Source: Hypanus sabinus (taxonomy: Eukaryota). From it: a stretch of 64,000 bases of DNA. Shown one piece after another: positions 51,287-62,750 of this stretch. The stretch is taken from positions 35,960,001-36,024,000 of the forward strand of contig NC_082726.1 of the NCBI RefSeq assembly GCF_030144855.1, read 5' to 3'. The notes beneath the pieces were generated by a model. The model searched no databases and had not been told where the DNA came from. It was given only the letters and a program-made list of their open reading frames with translations. Each line of letters begins with the position of its first letter. Within the stretch, counting starts at the first letter, position 1. The position numbers and the translations under genes are program-made.

Positions 51287-54200
51287 GATGAGGAGGCAGA
51301 TGAGAGGGTGGAGGAAAGGGAGGAGAGGAAGAAATACAAGGCAATAGGTGATAGGTGAAACTGGGAGGGGGAGGGGGTGAAGAAAAGACCTGTGAAATCG
51401 ATTGGTGAAAGAGGTAAAGGGCTGGAGAAGGGGGAATCTGACAGGAAAGGACAAAAGGCCATGGGAAGAAAGGGATGGGAGAGGAGCACCAGAGGAGGTG
51501 ATGGGCAGGTTAGGAGATAAGGTGAGAGAAGGAAATGGGGATGGAGAGAGGGGATGCAATTACCGGAAGCTCGCGATATTAATGTCCATGCCATCAGTTT
51601 GGAGACTACCCAAACAGAATATAAGGTGTTGGGCCTCCAACATAGTGGAGGATTACAAATACCTGAGGATACAAATGGACAATAAACTGAACTGGTCAAA
51701 GAACACTGGGGCTGTCTACATGAAGGGTCAGAGCCGTCTCTACTTCCTGAGGAGACTGAGGTCCTTTAACATCTGCCGGACGCTGCTGAGGATGTTCTAC
51801 ATGGCTGTGGTGGCCAGTGCTATCATGTTGCTGTTGTGTGCTGGGGCAGCAGGCTGAGGGTTGCAGACACCAACAGAATCAACAAACTCATTCATAAGGC
51901 CAGTGATGTTGTGGGGGTGGAAATGGACTCTCTGACGGTGGTGTCTGAAAAGAGGATGCTGTCCAAGTCGCATGCCATCTTGGACAATGTCTCCCATCCA
52001 CTCCATAAAGTACTGGTTAGGCACAGGAGTACATTCAGCCAGAGGCTCATTCCACCAAGATGTAACACTGAGCGTCATAGGAGGTCATTCCTACCTGTGG
52101 CCATCAAACTTTACAACTCCTCCCTCGGAGTGTCAGACACCCTGAGCCAATAGGCTGGTCCTGGACTTATTTCCACGGCATGATTAACTTATTATTATTT
52201 AATTATTTATGGTTTTATATTGCTATATTTCTTCGCTATTCTTGGTTGGTGCGGCTGTAATGAAACCCAATTTCCCTCGGGATCAATAAAGTATGTCTGT
52301 CTCTCAACCTGAATGTGGCCTCATCATGGCAGTAGAAGAGGCCACAGGTAGACATATAAGAATGGGAAGTAGAAAGCAGGAGATCCAGCTTTTTCTGGCG
52401 GATGGAGCGTATGTACTCAGCAAAGCAGTCTGGAGGCTGGTGGGGTGGTAGACAAGGACAAGAGGAACCCTGTTTGTGGTGGCATGGTGGGAGAATGGAG
52501 TGAGGGCCGACGTATGCAAAGTGTTAGAAATGGGGGTGAGGGCACCATTGATGGTGGAGGAAGGGAAGTCCCTTTTGTTGAAGAAGGACATCTCCTTAGT
52601 TCTGGAATGACAAGCCTCATCCTGAGAGCAGATGGAGCAGAGATGGAGGAATTCAGAGAAGGGGATGGCATTCTTACAATTAACAAGGTGTGAGAGTAAG
52701 TGAGCTTTATAAAAGATATCAGTAGTTAAGCTGTCTCCAGAAATAGAAACAAAGAGATTGAGAAGGGGGAGGGAGGTGTCAGAAATGGAGCAGATAAATT
52801 TGAGGACAGGGTGGAAGTTGGAGGCAAAGTGGATGAAGTCGATGAGCTCTGTACAGGTGCAAGAAGCAGCACCAATGCAGCTGTCAATGTAACGTAGGAA
52901 AAGTTGGGGAGTGATACTAGTGTAGGCTTGGAACGTGGCCGACAAACAGGCACAGCTTGCATCCATGCGAGTGCCTATGGCTTCACCTTTTGTTTGAAGG
53001 AAATGGGAGGAGCCAAAGGAGAAATTATTGAGAGTGCAGACCAGTTCCACCGGATGGAGGAGAGTGGTGGTGGAGGGGAACAGGTTGGGTCTGGTGTCCA
53101 GAAACAGGAAGCTTTGAGGCCTTCCTGACGGGGGATGGAGGTGTACAAGGACTGGATATCCATTGTGAAAATGCGATCAGGGCCAGGGAATCATTGAAAA
53201 GATCAAGAACATGTGTAGTGTCACAGATGTAGGCAGGAAGAGACTGAATTGGGATATAAAACTGAGTTGAGTATGCAGATATAAGTTTGGTGGGGCAAGA
53301 ATAATGAGAAACAATGAGTCTACCTGGACAGGCAGGTTTGAGGTTCTTGGGTAGAAGACAGAAATGGGAGATGCAGGGTAAAGGAACTATGAGGTTGGTG
53401 TCAGTGGATAGGAGATCCCCGGAGGTAATAAGGTTAGTGATGGTGTGAGAGACAGTAGCCTATTGTTCCTTAGTGGGGTCCTGTTCAAGGGGTAAATAAG
53501 TGTCTGAGAGATGTTGCTTGGCCTCAGCAGAGGTCAGTCCGCCAGACTACTACAGTACTCCCCTTATCTGCTGGTTCGATGGTGAGGTTAAGATTAGTGT
53601 GGAGAGAGTGGAAAGCAGTATGTTTGGAAGGAGAGAGGTTGGAATCGGAGAGAAGAGTGGCGAAGTTGAGATGGTGGATGTTGTGACAGCAGTTAGCAAT
53701 GAAAAGATCTAAAGCAGGCAGAAGACCAGAGCGGGGTGCCAGAAAGAGGAGAAGGGGTTATCAGTGCGAGCTGGAGAGTCCTTAACAAAGAAGTAGACAC
53801 AGAGTTGGAGGCAGAAGAAGAGCTCAGCGTTGGGGTGGGCACGGAACTAACTGAGGTGTGGGTGCAGGGGGGGATGATGGTGAAATCCTACTGAGGACAG
53901 AATGTTCTGCCTCAGAGAGGGGAAGGTCAGAGGGGATGGTGAAGACCCAGCATGGCTGAGAGCTGGGATCAGAGGGGAGAAGGGAGTTGGTAGTGTCTGA
54001 GGAGAGGGGAAGATTGGGTGTTCAGGGAGGGTGAGGTGAGAGGAAGATAGAGTCTCTGAGTACCCAAGAGCTGGCGGTGGGACCTGAGAGACTTGGGGTT
54101 GGAGTGGTGGTAGGGGAAGGGGAGACTGGGGCTCCAGTGGCAGCGTGTGAAGACCCAGCCTGGAGGTGGAGTTGGGCTTGAAGGGTTGCACAACAGGCCC

Positions 54201-54700
54201 TTTGAAGGTGTCCGAGGTCGTTGGAACCTGCATTGATGGTGGTGGAATCTGGGTTCTGAATCTGCTTGGGATTGTTAGAACCGTTGAGGTCGACAGCAGG
54301 AATTGCAGTCTGGGGATGTCCATGCCTACTGGTGTTGTAGTCTGTAGACCAGCGATCTTTTGATCCTTGCTGAACGTAACAAAGGCAAAGAACTGACGAC
54401 TAAAGGCATGGATCCGATGGAAGATAAAGTATTAGACAGGTCCATTGCAGGCTGCAGAGAGAGCATCCTGGAGCTGTGGAAGCCACTGGGATGGGGACCC
54501 CAGGTACTTCTTCATGCTGGAAAGTGTGGCGTATAGAACGGAGAAGCAGTCAATTGAATGTGAGTGCCTGGGGTCCTCAGAGGATCTGAATCGAGAAGCT
54601 TGAAAATGGATCTGGAAGCCATGTGGCACAAAATGGTGGCAAGGTCATGTCCCCAGGAAGGATATGTGGCAGTCATAGCAGGTCTGGGTGAGCAGTAAGT
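51287..54700 (-). mobile_element. Long degenerate Penelope-like element including the N-terminal region, split by a LINE insertion
   Basis: MDIQSLYTSIP, FLQTKG.AIGTRM, FLRYIDSCI and FHP.LKF RT motifs; sequence continues across the 51641-52301 insertion. Confidence 0.85.
51641..52301 (+). mobile_element. Young Rex1/Babar-type LINE inserted into the PLE
   Basis: VEDYKYL.IQMDNKLNWSKN..KGQSRLYFLRRLRSF; caataaagtatgtctgtct tail; CAAC at both junctions. Confidence 0.85.
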
Positions 54701-55129
54701 TGAAATATTCTTATGTGATCAGGTGCCCAATCTTGACCTGAAACTTCAACTATCCCTCTGCCTCCACAGATGCTGCCTGACCCCCTGAGTACATCCAGCA
54801 TTTTTTTTTTTACTTATGAAAGATTTGCCTGAGCCATTGACTATTTCCAGAACTTCGTTTTTCTTCCAAAATTCCTAGCTTCTGCACCTTTTAAAAAAAA
54901 TTGTATTGTGCCTTTCAAGTGTCTCTTGATTTACAGGACTACAAGCCAGAAAATTCAACTATTGTCCAGGTCCTTCTGTAGGCATGTGTGTACAGAGCAA
55001 CTCAAATGCAATACAATAACGTGTATTAAAATTAAATAAAATAGACGTCTATGACCCTTGTAGTTGTAAACTTCCTGAATAAATGAGTAAATGACTACAG
55101 AATTCTGACAATGAGATCATAGCCTCACC

Positions 55130-55316
55130 ATCATGGCGTCGAGTGTGGCAGCAATGTGCGTGTCACGTGGTGCACGCGCCGTAATGTGTGTTGTCCGAGC
55201 TGCTGTGAAGTGTCGCGCGGATGCTGGTTGCTATGGTCTGAACGTTCGCTGTGTGAACTTCGGCAGTCGGTGACGGAACTCTTTTCGTCTTTTATTCCGT
55301 TTCGATATATTTAAAA
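55130..55316. promoter_or_regulatory. TIMM23: CpG-island promoter of TIMM23 with E-box, NRF1-like and YY1-like motifs
   Basis: CpG-dense; GTCACGTG at 55162-55169, TGCACGCGC at 55171-55179, ATGGCG at 55133-55138; motif matches only. Confidence 0.6.
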
Positions 55317-55440
55317 ATGGACAACTCAGGAACCGGCGGAGGTTTGCGGGCCGGCTTCGGTCTTTTCGGTGGCGGTGGTGCGGGAGCAGCAGGGAGCTCA
55401 GTAGCTGATTATTCTCAGCCCGACCTTTCCCGTGTCCCTT
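55317..55440 (+). CDS. TIMM23: Mitochondrial import inner membrane translocase subunit Tim23, coding exon 1
   Basis: MDNSGTGGGLRAGFGLFGGGGAGAAGSSVADYSQPDLSRVP, compared with recalled human ..GFFGAGGAGYSHADLAGVP; donor T|GTGAGT, phase 1; absent from the ORF track. Confidence 0.9.
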
Positions 55441-56499
55441 GTGAGTATGGCGCGGGATAGGCCGAGAGCGACTAACGGAAGAGTCGCTTGTTCGCCCTGG
55501 GTTAAAGGGGCAATGAGTCAGTAAATGTGTTCAAAATGTTAACAATACATACGATCTAATCGTACCCGTTATAACTGGCTCTCAATGTTAAAATAAGTAT
55601 AGCGATCTACATTGGTTACGGGTGTGTACGTGCTTTTATGTAACTGATTAATTTTGCTCATTGTAGGTGCAGTTATAAGTGATCTGCTCATTAACTTTGC
55701 ATGTTTTTTTTTGACGGATCTGCATGTCCGTCCGATTTTCATTCCTGAACGCTGGATCAAGGAAATTGTGATACTAAATTTAAGTCAAATTATTATATCG
55801 AGGGGAAAAACACAAACGTTATCTGTTACGTATATGTTCGTCTGGAATATCAAGTCTCTTCCACAGTGTAGAAGATGTTGTATATATGTAAGTTTTTTAA
55901 AAATGCTGGAGTCTGGAGCAACAAGCAAGATGTTTGGGAAGTCTGAGCTACTTAAATCACCAAAGAGAGAGTGAACGTTTCAGGTCATCAACCCACGAAC
56001 ACAGTTTCTTCTCACCCCCCCCACGCCCAGATGCTGTCTATTGATTTTTCATTTCTGATTTCCAGCATCTGGAATTAAAGAACAAATGAGAGTGATTAAA
56101 CTAATTAAGATGTTTGGCTGATGCTTGTGAAATTGAATTTCAGTGCAGAGCATTAGAGGAAAGAAGATATCTCAAATCTTATGGGGAAGGGCTGAGAAAG
56201 AAGAAAGTTGTATATTTGCAGGAAAAACTTCTGAAGTGACTAACCATGTAAGTCTGAAGGGCCAGCCATTAGTGCAGTGTAGTGAATGAGGAATATGAGG
56301 TTCTAAGGCATAGTGGATTCATATAACGTATGGTTAGAGAGACAAGAAGAATTGAGATACTGCAAAAGTTGAGGAGTAGCCCAAATTTAATGTTACTTCA
56401 TATGATTGTGGATAGGTAGCAAATTCTGGTTTGGATGAAGGTGGTGGTTGATGAGTGTTAGTACTTGAAAACAGTTTTATGTACTACTTAAAGAAGATT

Positions 56500-57810
56500 A
56501 AGAACATAAGGAATGGGAGCAGGAGTAGGCTATCTTATTGCTCTGCCAATCAATAAATCGTGGCTGATCTGACAACATATTCATTTCCACCTACCTGCCT
56601 TTTTCCCCCATAACCCTTAATTTTCCTATAATGCAAAAAATCTTTCCAGTCTTGTCTTAAATATATTTACTGAGGTAGCCTCCACTGCTTCATTGATTAG
56701 AGAATTCCACAGGTTCAGCACTCTTCAGGAAAAGCAGTACCTCCTCATCTTTGTCCTATATTTACTGCCCCGAATCTTGAGGCTATGTCCCCTAGTTCTT
56801 GTCTCACCTGCCAGTGCAAACAACTTTCCTGCCTCTATCTTATCTATCCCTTTCATAGTTTTATGTTTATGTAAGATCTCTCATTCTTCAGAACTCCAGC
56901 AAGTACAATCCCAGGCAACTCAATCTCTCCTCACAGTCTGATCCCCTCAACTCTGGAATCAACCTGGTGAACCTCCTGTGCAACACCTCCAAAGCCTTCC
57001 TTGAGTAAAGAGACCGAAACTGCACACGGTTCTCCAGATGCAGCCTCACCAATACCCTGTACAGTTGCTGCATAACCTCCCTGCTCTTAAATTCAATCCC
57101 TCTAGCAATGAAGATTGACATTCCATTTGCCTTCTTGATAGCCTGATGTGCCTGCAAACTAACCTCCTGCGATTCATGCACAAGCACTCCCAGGTCCTTC
57201 TGTATTGCAGCATGCTGCAATTTTCCCATTTAAATAACAATCTGATCCTCCATCTTTCCTTCCAAAGTGGTTGAGCTTGCATTTACTAACATTGTACTCC
57301 ATCTGCCAGATCCTTGTCCATTCACTTCACCTATCTATAACTCTCTGCAGATTCTCTGTATCCTCTGCACAATTTGCTTTTCCACTCAAGTTAGATGCAC
57401 TACTCTTGGTCCCCTCTTCCAGATTGTTAATACATATCATGAATAGTTGCAGGCCAGCACCAATCCTTGTGGCACAACGCTCACCACTGGTTGCCAGCCA
57501 GAGAAACATCCATGTATCCCAACTCTCTACTTTCTGTTGGTTAACCAGTCCTCTATCCATGCTAATACATTAACACAAACTCTGTGTATTCTTATGGATA
57601 AGTATTTTATGTGGCACCTTACTTAACGCCTTCTGGAAGTCCAAGTAAATAACGTCCATTGGTTCCTCTCGTATCTATTGTGCTTAGGACCCGCCTTAAC
57701 TGAATCCATGGTGTGTCTGCATGATGGTCCATTTCTTTCCAGACGTTTTGCTATTTCTTCTTTAATGATAGCTTCAAACATTTTCCTAACTACAGATGTT
57801 AAACTAAGTT
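56500..57810 (-). mobile_element. CR1 LINE in TIMM23 intron 1
   Basis: Minus ORFs KDLGVLVH..LYRVLVRLHLE and LSLTSVV.KM.EAIIK. Confidence 0.85.
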
Positions 57811-59612
57811 GATGCACAGTTGAGAACATTTAAATATCTTGTGATATCTGATTGGAATGTTTATTTTGCAGAGGGAGATGATATGGGAAGGGGTTTTAGG
57901 ATTGTTGGTGGTGGGAAGAAAGTTGTAGATGTTTAGCTGGATTTGGTTTCTTTTTGGCAGTATTTTGTATGTGTCAATATAATTAAAGGAAAAAAGTTCT
58001 TGAGGATGAGTGAGGGGAAAAAAGTGAAGTTGTACAAAGTTCCGTTTTTATAAGAGCTTGAAGTATCTGCAGAGAGTAAAATAGAGTTGATACTTAAGCT
58101 GTATAGCTCAGTGTCAAGGACACAGGGATAACTTTAGTATTCTGTCAACATGTAGCTAGCGGATTTTAACTTGTGTTAGCAACAAAGGATTTTTTTGACA
58201 CTGACATGTATTTAATAATGAAAATGTGCTAATTTATTCCGAAGTAATTTCACAGTGCAGCTGATAAACATACCTTGGTACTCATTTCTGTTCATTAATG
58301 TTTTGGTACAATAATGGTTATAGACTTTGTGTAGATAAAAACAACCTGAGTTCATTTTATGGAGCATTGTTCAGTATAAAACAGAAAATGCTGGGTCTAC
58401 TCAGTAGATCACATAATGTCTATGCAAAGAAATCTGAGTTAACATTTCAGACTGTTCTTTTGTGGGATCGAGAGAAAGTTAGGAATAGAACAGGTTTCAA
58501 GCTGCTGCCTGTCCTTGATTGTTTTATATTTTAATTTCAGTTTTCCAGCATCTGTATATTTTCACTTTTGGATTGTCTATAAGCAATTCTAGAAGAATTT
58601 CTTATTGGCCAGTCAGACTATTTTATAAATCCTGAGGAGTCTTTTTAATTACTCTGGGGAGGCTTGCAGCATTTAACTGTACACTATCCTGTGGCTTCAA
58701 GATAAATTTAGAGGCTGTTTAGTCCCACTATGCCCAAATGTAATTACTCTTGTGTCTTTGGCTTTTATTGTTAGCATTGATAATTTTCGTAGCAGCTCAG
58801 TTAGAAACAGAATGCTTTGTTGATTTGTCAGACTGGTAACATCCAGGTAAGATGGACAGTTAACGCTAATGCAAACTGGAGTTCAAAAGATCACACCCCA
58901 ACTAAAAATACAAAGCCTTCGTGGCAGATGCTATCCCATTGAAGTTTTAAAACTCAACAGTAAAAAAAAACCTAAATTTATTAGCTCATCATTTGTATCT
59001 GAAAAGAGGTGTTTGCCAAAATCATGATTGTCTTTAAGAAAGACAAATCTAGCTGGAGGAACTGCAGAGGACTTTCCCTACCCTCTGCTGTGGAGAAAAA
59101 TCGATGACAGAGTTTTCATCAAGTTTGTCCTCACAGTGCTTGTGGTGGCCGGTGAAATCCAATGCCTGTGACCTATACCTTTAGGAGAGATGATAGAAAC
59201 AGCTTCAACTACAATATGTGGTCTCTTTTGGTTGTTTTCCAGGTATAGACCACCCCTGTATTGGCTCTAAACTTAATTTTAGCCAATATTGCATCTTATT
59301 TTGTAGAAGATCCAATTAGCATTCATGCTAAATGCATCTTTTGGTGCACTAAAATAGGCGCAATCCAATTGCATTTGAAAATAAGTCATGTTGATCAAGA
59401 AACAAGTATGAGGATCTCTACTCATGCAAAGTGGAAATTCTCAAAGTAGTATGTGTATCCTCCAACTGGATTGTTTCTTTTCCTGAAGAAGGTCTGATAT
59501 CATCAACTTCTGGTGTGAGTGTGGGGAAAAAAGAATGAGTTTTGGTGGGCTGAGGAGGGGGTAAAAGGTGAAATGTTGCTGGAACTTACTTTTGCTATCT
59601 TACTGTTTTCAG

Positions 59613-59671
59613 TGACTGGGATGAGCCCTTTGTCTCCATATTTGAACCTTGATCCTAGATATCTGGTCCAG
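59613..59671 (+). CDS. TIMM23: Tim23 coding exon 2 (59 nt); gene continues beyond the window
   Basis: LTGMSPLSPYLNLDPRYLVQ, compared with recalled human LTGMNPLSPYLNVDPRYLVQ; ttttcag acceptor, CAG|GTAAGT donor. Confidence 0.95.
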
Positions 59672-61304
59672 GTAAGTAGAAAATGTTTTTGTCCAATATA
59701 ATCAAGGTTCTATGTTGGTTGGAACAAAAGTCTTTTTTTAATGGTTGAGATGTATAGAACCGCTTGTGTTTTCATTAATAAGGTAGGACAGATTCACAAT
59801 TCAGAATGCCACTGCTATATTTGGGAGGTTTCTTAAGCTTCTCTGGCAATTCTGTAGGACTGGAATTAATGTCATGATGAACCCAGCCTCTACTTTGAAT
59901 CTTCTGTTGGTTGGGTGCCCAGGTCAAAACTGATATTAGGCGTTCAAAAAAAGTGTATTAGCTTTCTCTTGACAAATTGAATGTGGATTCAGAAGGAGAA
60001 GAAATGCACAAGTATACCACTGAGATATACTGCTGGCTGACGTCAGTTCTCACTCCACCTCATGAATGCGCTACAGTGACAGTAGCTGCAGTTCCTGGCT
60101 TGAAATCTAGGTTTTTATCGTTTCCATTCACTAACACATCCATGTTGCTGTCGAAGATCTGAAGAGCATTCAGATTATCCAAATGGATGATCTGCTTCTA
60201 AAAGCATGGCTTTCATAGCTCATTTTAAGGAATGTACCTTCAAAAAGTGAAGATTGGGAACTTACTGAAAAGGGGGAAAGGGGTTCCTTGATAATAGTGT
60301 AAATAAATAGTTATTTCAAAAGAAAATGAAGTAAATGGGCTTTTGAGTCAGGTAGGTATTACATATTGAATTGGGTTTTGAATTCTTTAATTCCTAATTT
60401 ACAACTTTGGCTGAAGGTTCTTATACTGTACTTCTCTGTTCTAATCTAGTAAATGGAAAAATGCAAGGGCATTCAGTCTGTTGAAAGCAGATTCTGTGCC
60501 ATTTGGAAAATTCACCATTCTTGCTCCCTGAAGTAGGAAATGCAGTGAAAAGCAGAAGGAGATTCCTTCTGGATTTCAGACTTTGAGCAGCTTTCACCAA
60601 TAATACACTTTCACTTTTTGTAATTTAATTTATTTGAAAGTGCTGATATCGGCCCCTCTACACTGGAGAAGCCATCTCCAAAGCAACCCAGTTCAGTCAA
60701 CAGAGGTGACCCTGACTTTCCCATTGTCTGTTGCTTGAATTCTCCATCTCACCCCCTATACATAGAGGTGTTCTTCCTTAAGCTAACATTGGGCATCTTT
60801 GTAGCAACATAGTCCTAGTAACTTGATAGTGTATTTAAAAAATAAATACATTCTCTCTCTCATTCTCTCACATTTGTATCTGTTGTTGCAATTTCTATTT
60901 TTCACTTCTATCTTTAACTGCTTTTTTAAAATTAATTTTTACTTTGACAAGTTTAGTTCACACCCTTTCACAGACATTTCGCCAACCTTTCTGCGACAAA
61001 AAAAAACTGTGTCCTTACTTTCCTTATTTTAAGAAAGACGTGGCCAAGCAGGAAAATAAAATGGTGTAAGGATAAGTGATTAAAGGGTTTCTAAGTTAGT
61101 AAGCTCCTGATGTCTACAGCTGTCACATGCTAGTGAATGCAGAAATAGAAAGATATTGCAAGTGATAGTTTTGCTAAAATTAAATTGGGGCTTTACTTGT
61201 GTTGGAGGAAGTTGGATATATAGGGCTGGAACCAATATCTTTTAAGAGAGGTTTGCTAATTTCATTGGGGAGAAGATAAAATAGTTTAGTAGGGAATGGG
61301 AACA

Positions 61305-62065
61305 TATTCACTACTCTCTGGCTAAAAAAAATTACTCTTTACCTCTGTTCTAAAAGGTCTTCCCTCAATTTTGAGGCTGTGTCCTCGTGTCCTCTAGTTC
61401 TGGATACCCCCAGCATAGGAAACATCCTCTCCACGTCCACTCTATGTAGTCCTTTCAACATTCGGTATGTTTCAATGAGACTCTTTCCCCCCCCCCCCCC
61501 CCCCCCCGCATTCTTCTGAATTCTAGTGAGTACTGGTCCAAAACTGCCAAACGCTCCTCATATCTTAACCCCTTCATTTCCAGAATCATCCTCATGTACC
61601 TCCTCTGGACTGTGTCCAATTACAACACATCGTTTGAGATATGGGGCCCAAACTGTTGACAGTACTCCAAATGTGGCCTGACTAGTGTCTTATAAAGCCA
61701 CAGCATTATCTCCTTGCTTTTATATTCTATTCCACTTAAAATAAATGTGAAAGTTGCATTTGCCGCCTTCACCACAGACTCGGCCTTCTGGGAGTCTTGC
61801 ATGAGGACTCCCAACTCCCTCTGATGTTTGAATTTTCTTCCCATTTAAATAGTCCGCACTATTATTCCTTTTACCAAAAAGCATTATCATACATTTCCCA
61901 ACACTATTCCATCTGCCACTTTTTTCCCCGTTCTTCTAAATAGTCCAAGTCTTGCTGCAATCACATTGCTTCCTCAGCACTACCTACACCACCACCTATA
62001 TTCATATCATCCACAAACTTTGCTACAAAACCATCAATTCCATTATCTAAATCAATGACAAACAA
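61305..62065 (-). mobile_element. CR1 LINE fragment with a poly-C run
   Basis: ORF 61620-61844 LYKTLVRPHLEYC. Confidence 0.85.
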
Positions 62066-62750
62066 ATTCTTTCTTCTTTTTCCACAGACATTGTTCAAAA
62101 CACTACCTGCTAGGCTTGCATTTCACAGAATTACATATCCCTATGTCAGTTTTTCCCCCTCTCTCTTTGTTAATCTCTAAACAGCTCCAAAAATACTGAA
62201 ACATTTTTATCTCAGCAATCCTGACTCCTGATATTCCTTTTGTCCTTTCCATTCCTCCACATGCTCAGCAACTTGTTTTCACTTTCTTCCTCTGTTGGGG
62301 ATTTCAATGTGAATCTTTAACTTTCTTTTTCCACAGCGACCATCTCAAACTTGATAATCATTTCTAGCATTTTCAATTTTCAGTTTGTTTCCTTTTCCCT
62401 CTGTATAGCCTAGATTTTTAGAGGTCAAAGTGTAGATAACAGTTTTGACTCTGTAATTCTCTACATTTTAGAATGCCCCTACAGATTAAAAAATTATAAG
62501 TTCTTCAGTACACAAATGTAAAGTGCAACAAAATGATTGTTACTCCAGATTTGATGTTTTATTAAAAAATACAGTAAACACAAAAAAACAAAAACAATGA
62601 ATATAAAAGCAACCTTATACAACATAATGTATAAGCAAATGTTATATACATAGACTGATATGTACAGAAAGTGACACGAGGGGATGTATATATAATGGCA
62701 TTGGGGTGGATTAATGAGTAATGGTGTTGATAACCCAGACAATTTAGGAG

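Larger units (their letters stand above)
48877..55134 (-). ncRNA. Candidate spliced transcript divergent from TIMM23 (exon 1 ending at 55129, exon 2 49927-49878, exon 3 49327 to about 48880) with a 21-codon ORF
   Basis: GCCATGATG|GTGAGG donor; ctaacattaaag| and |GTATGT around a 50-nt exon; ttttattttgtcttcttcactatatag| acceptor; AATAAA at 48926-48921 and 48882-48877. Splice-signal inference only. Confidence 0.35.
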
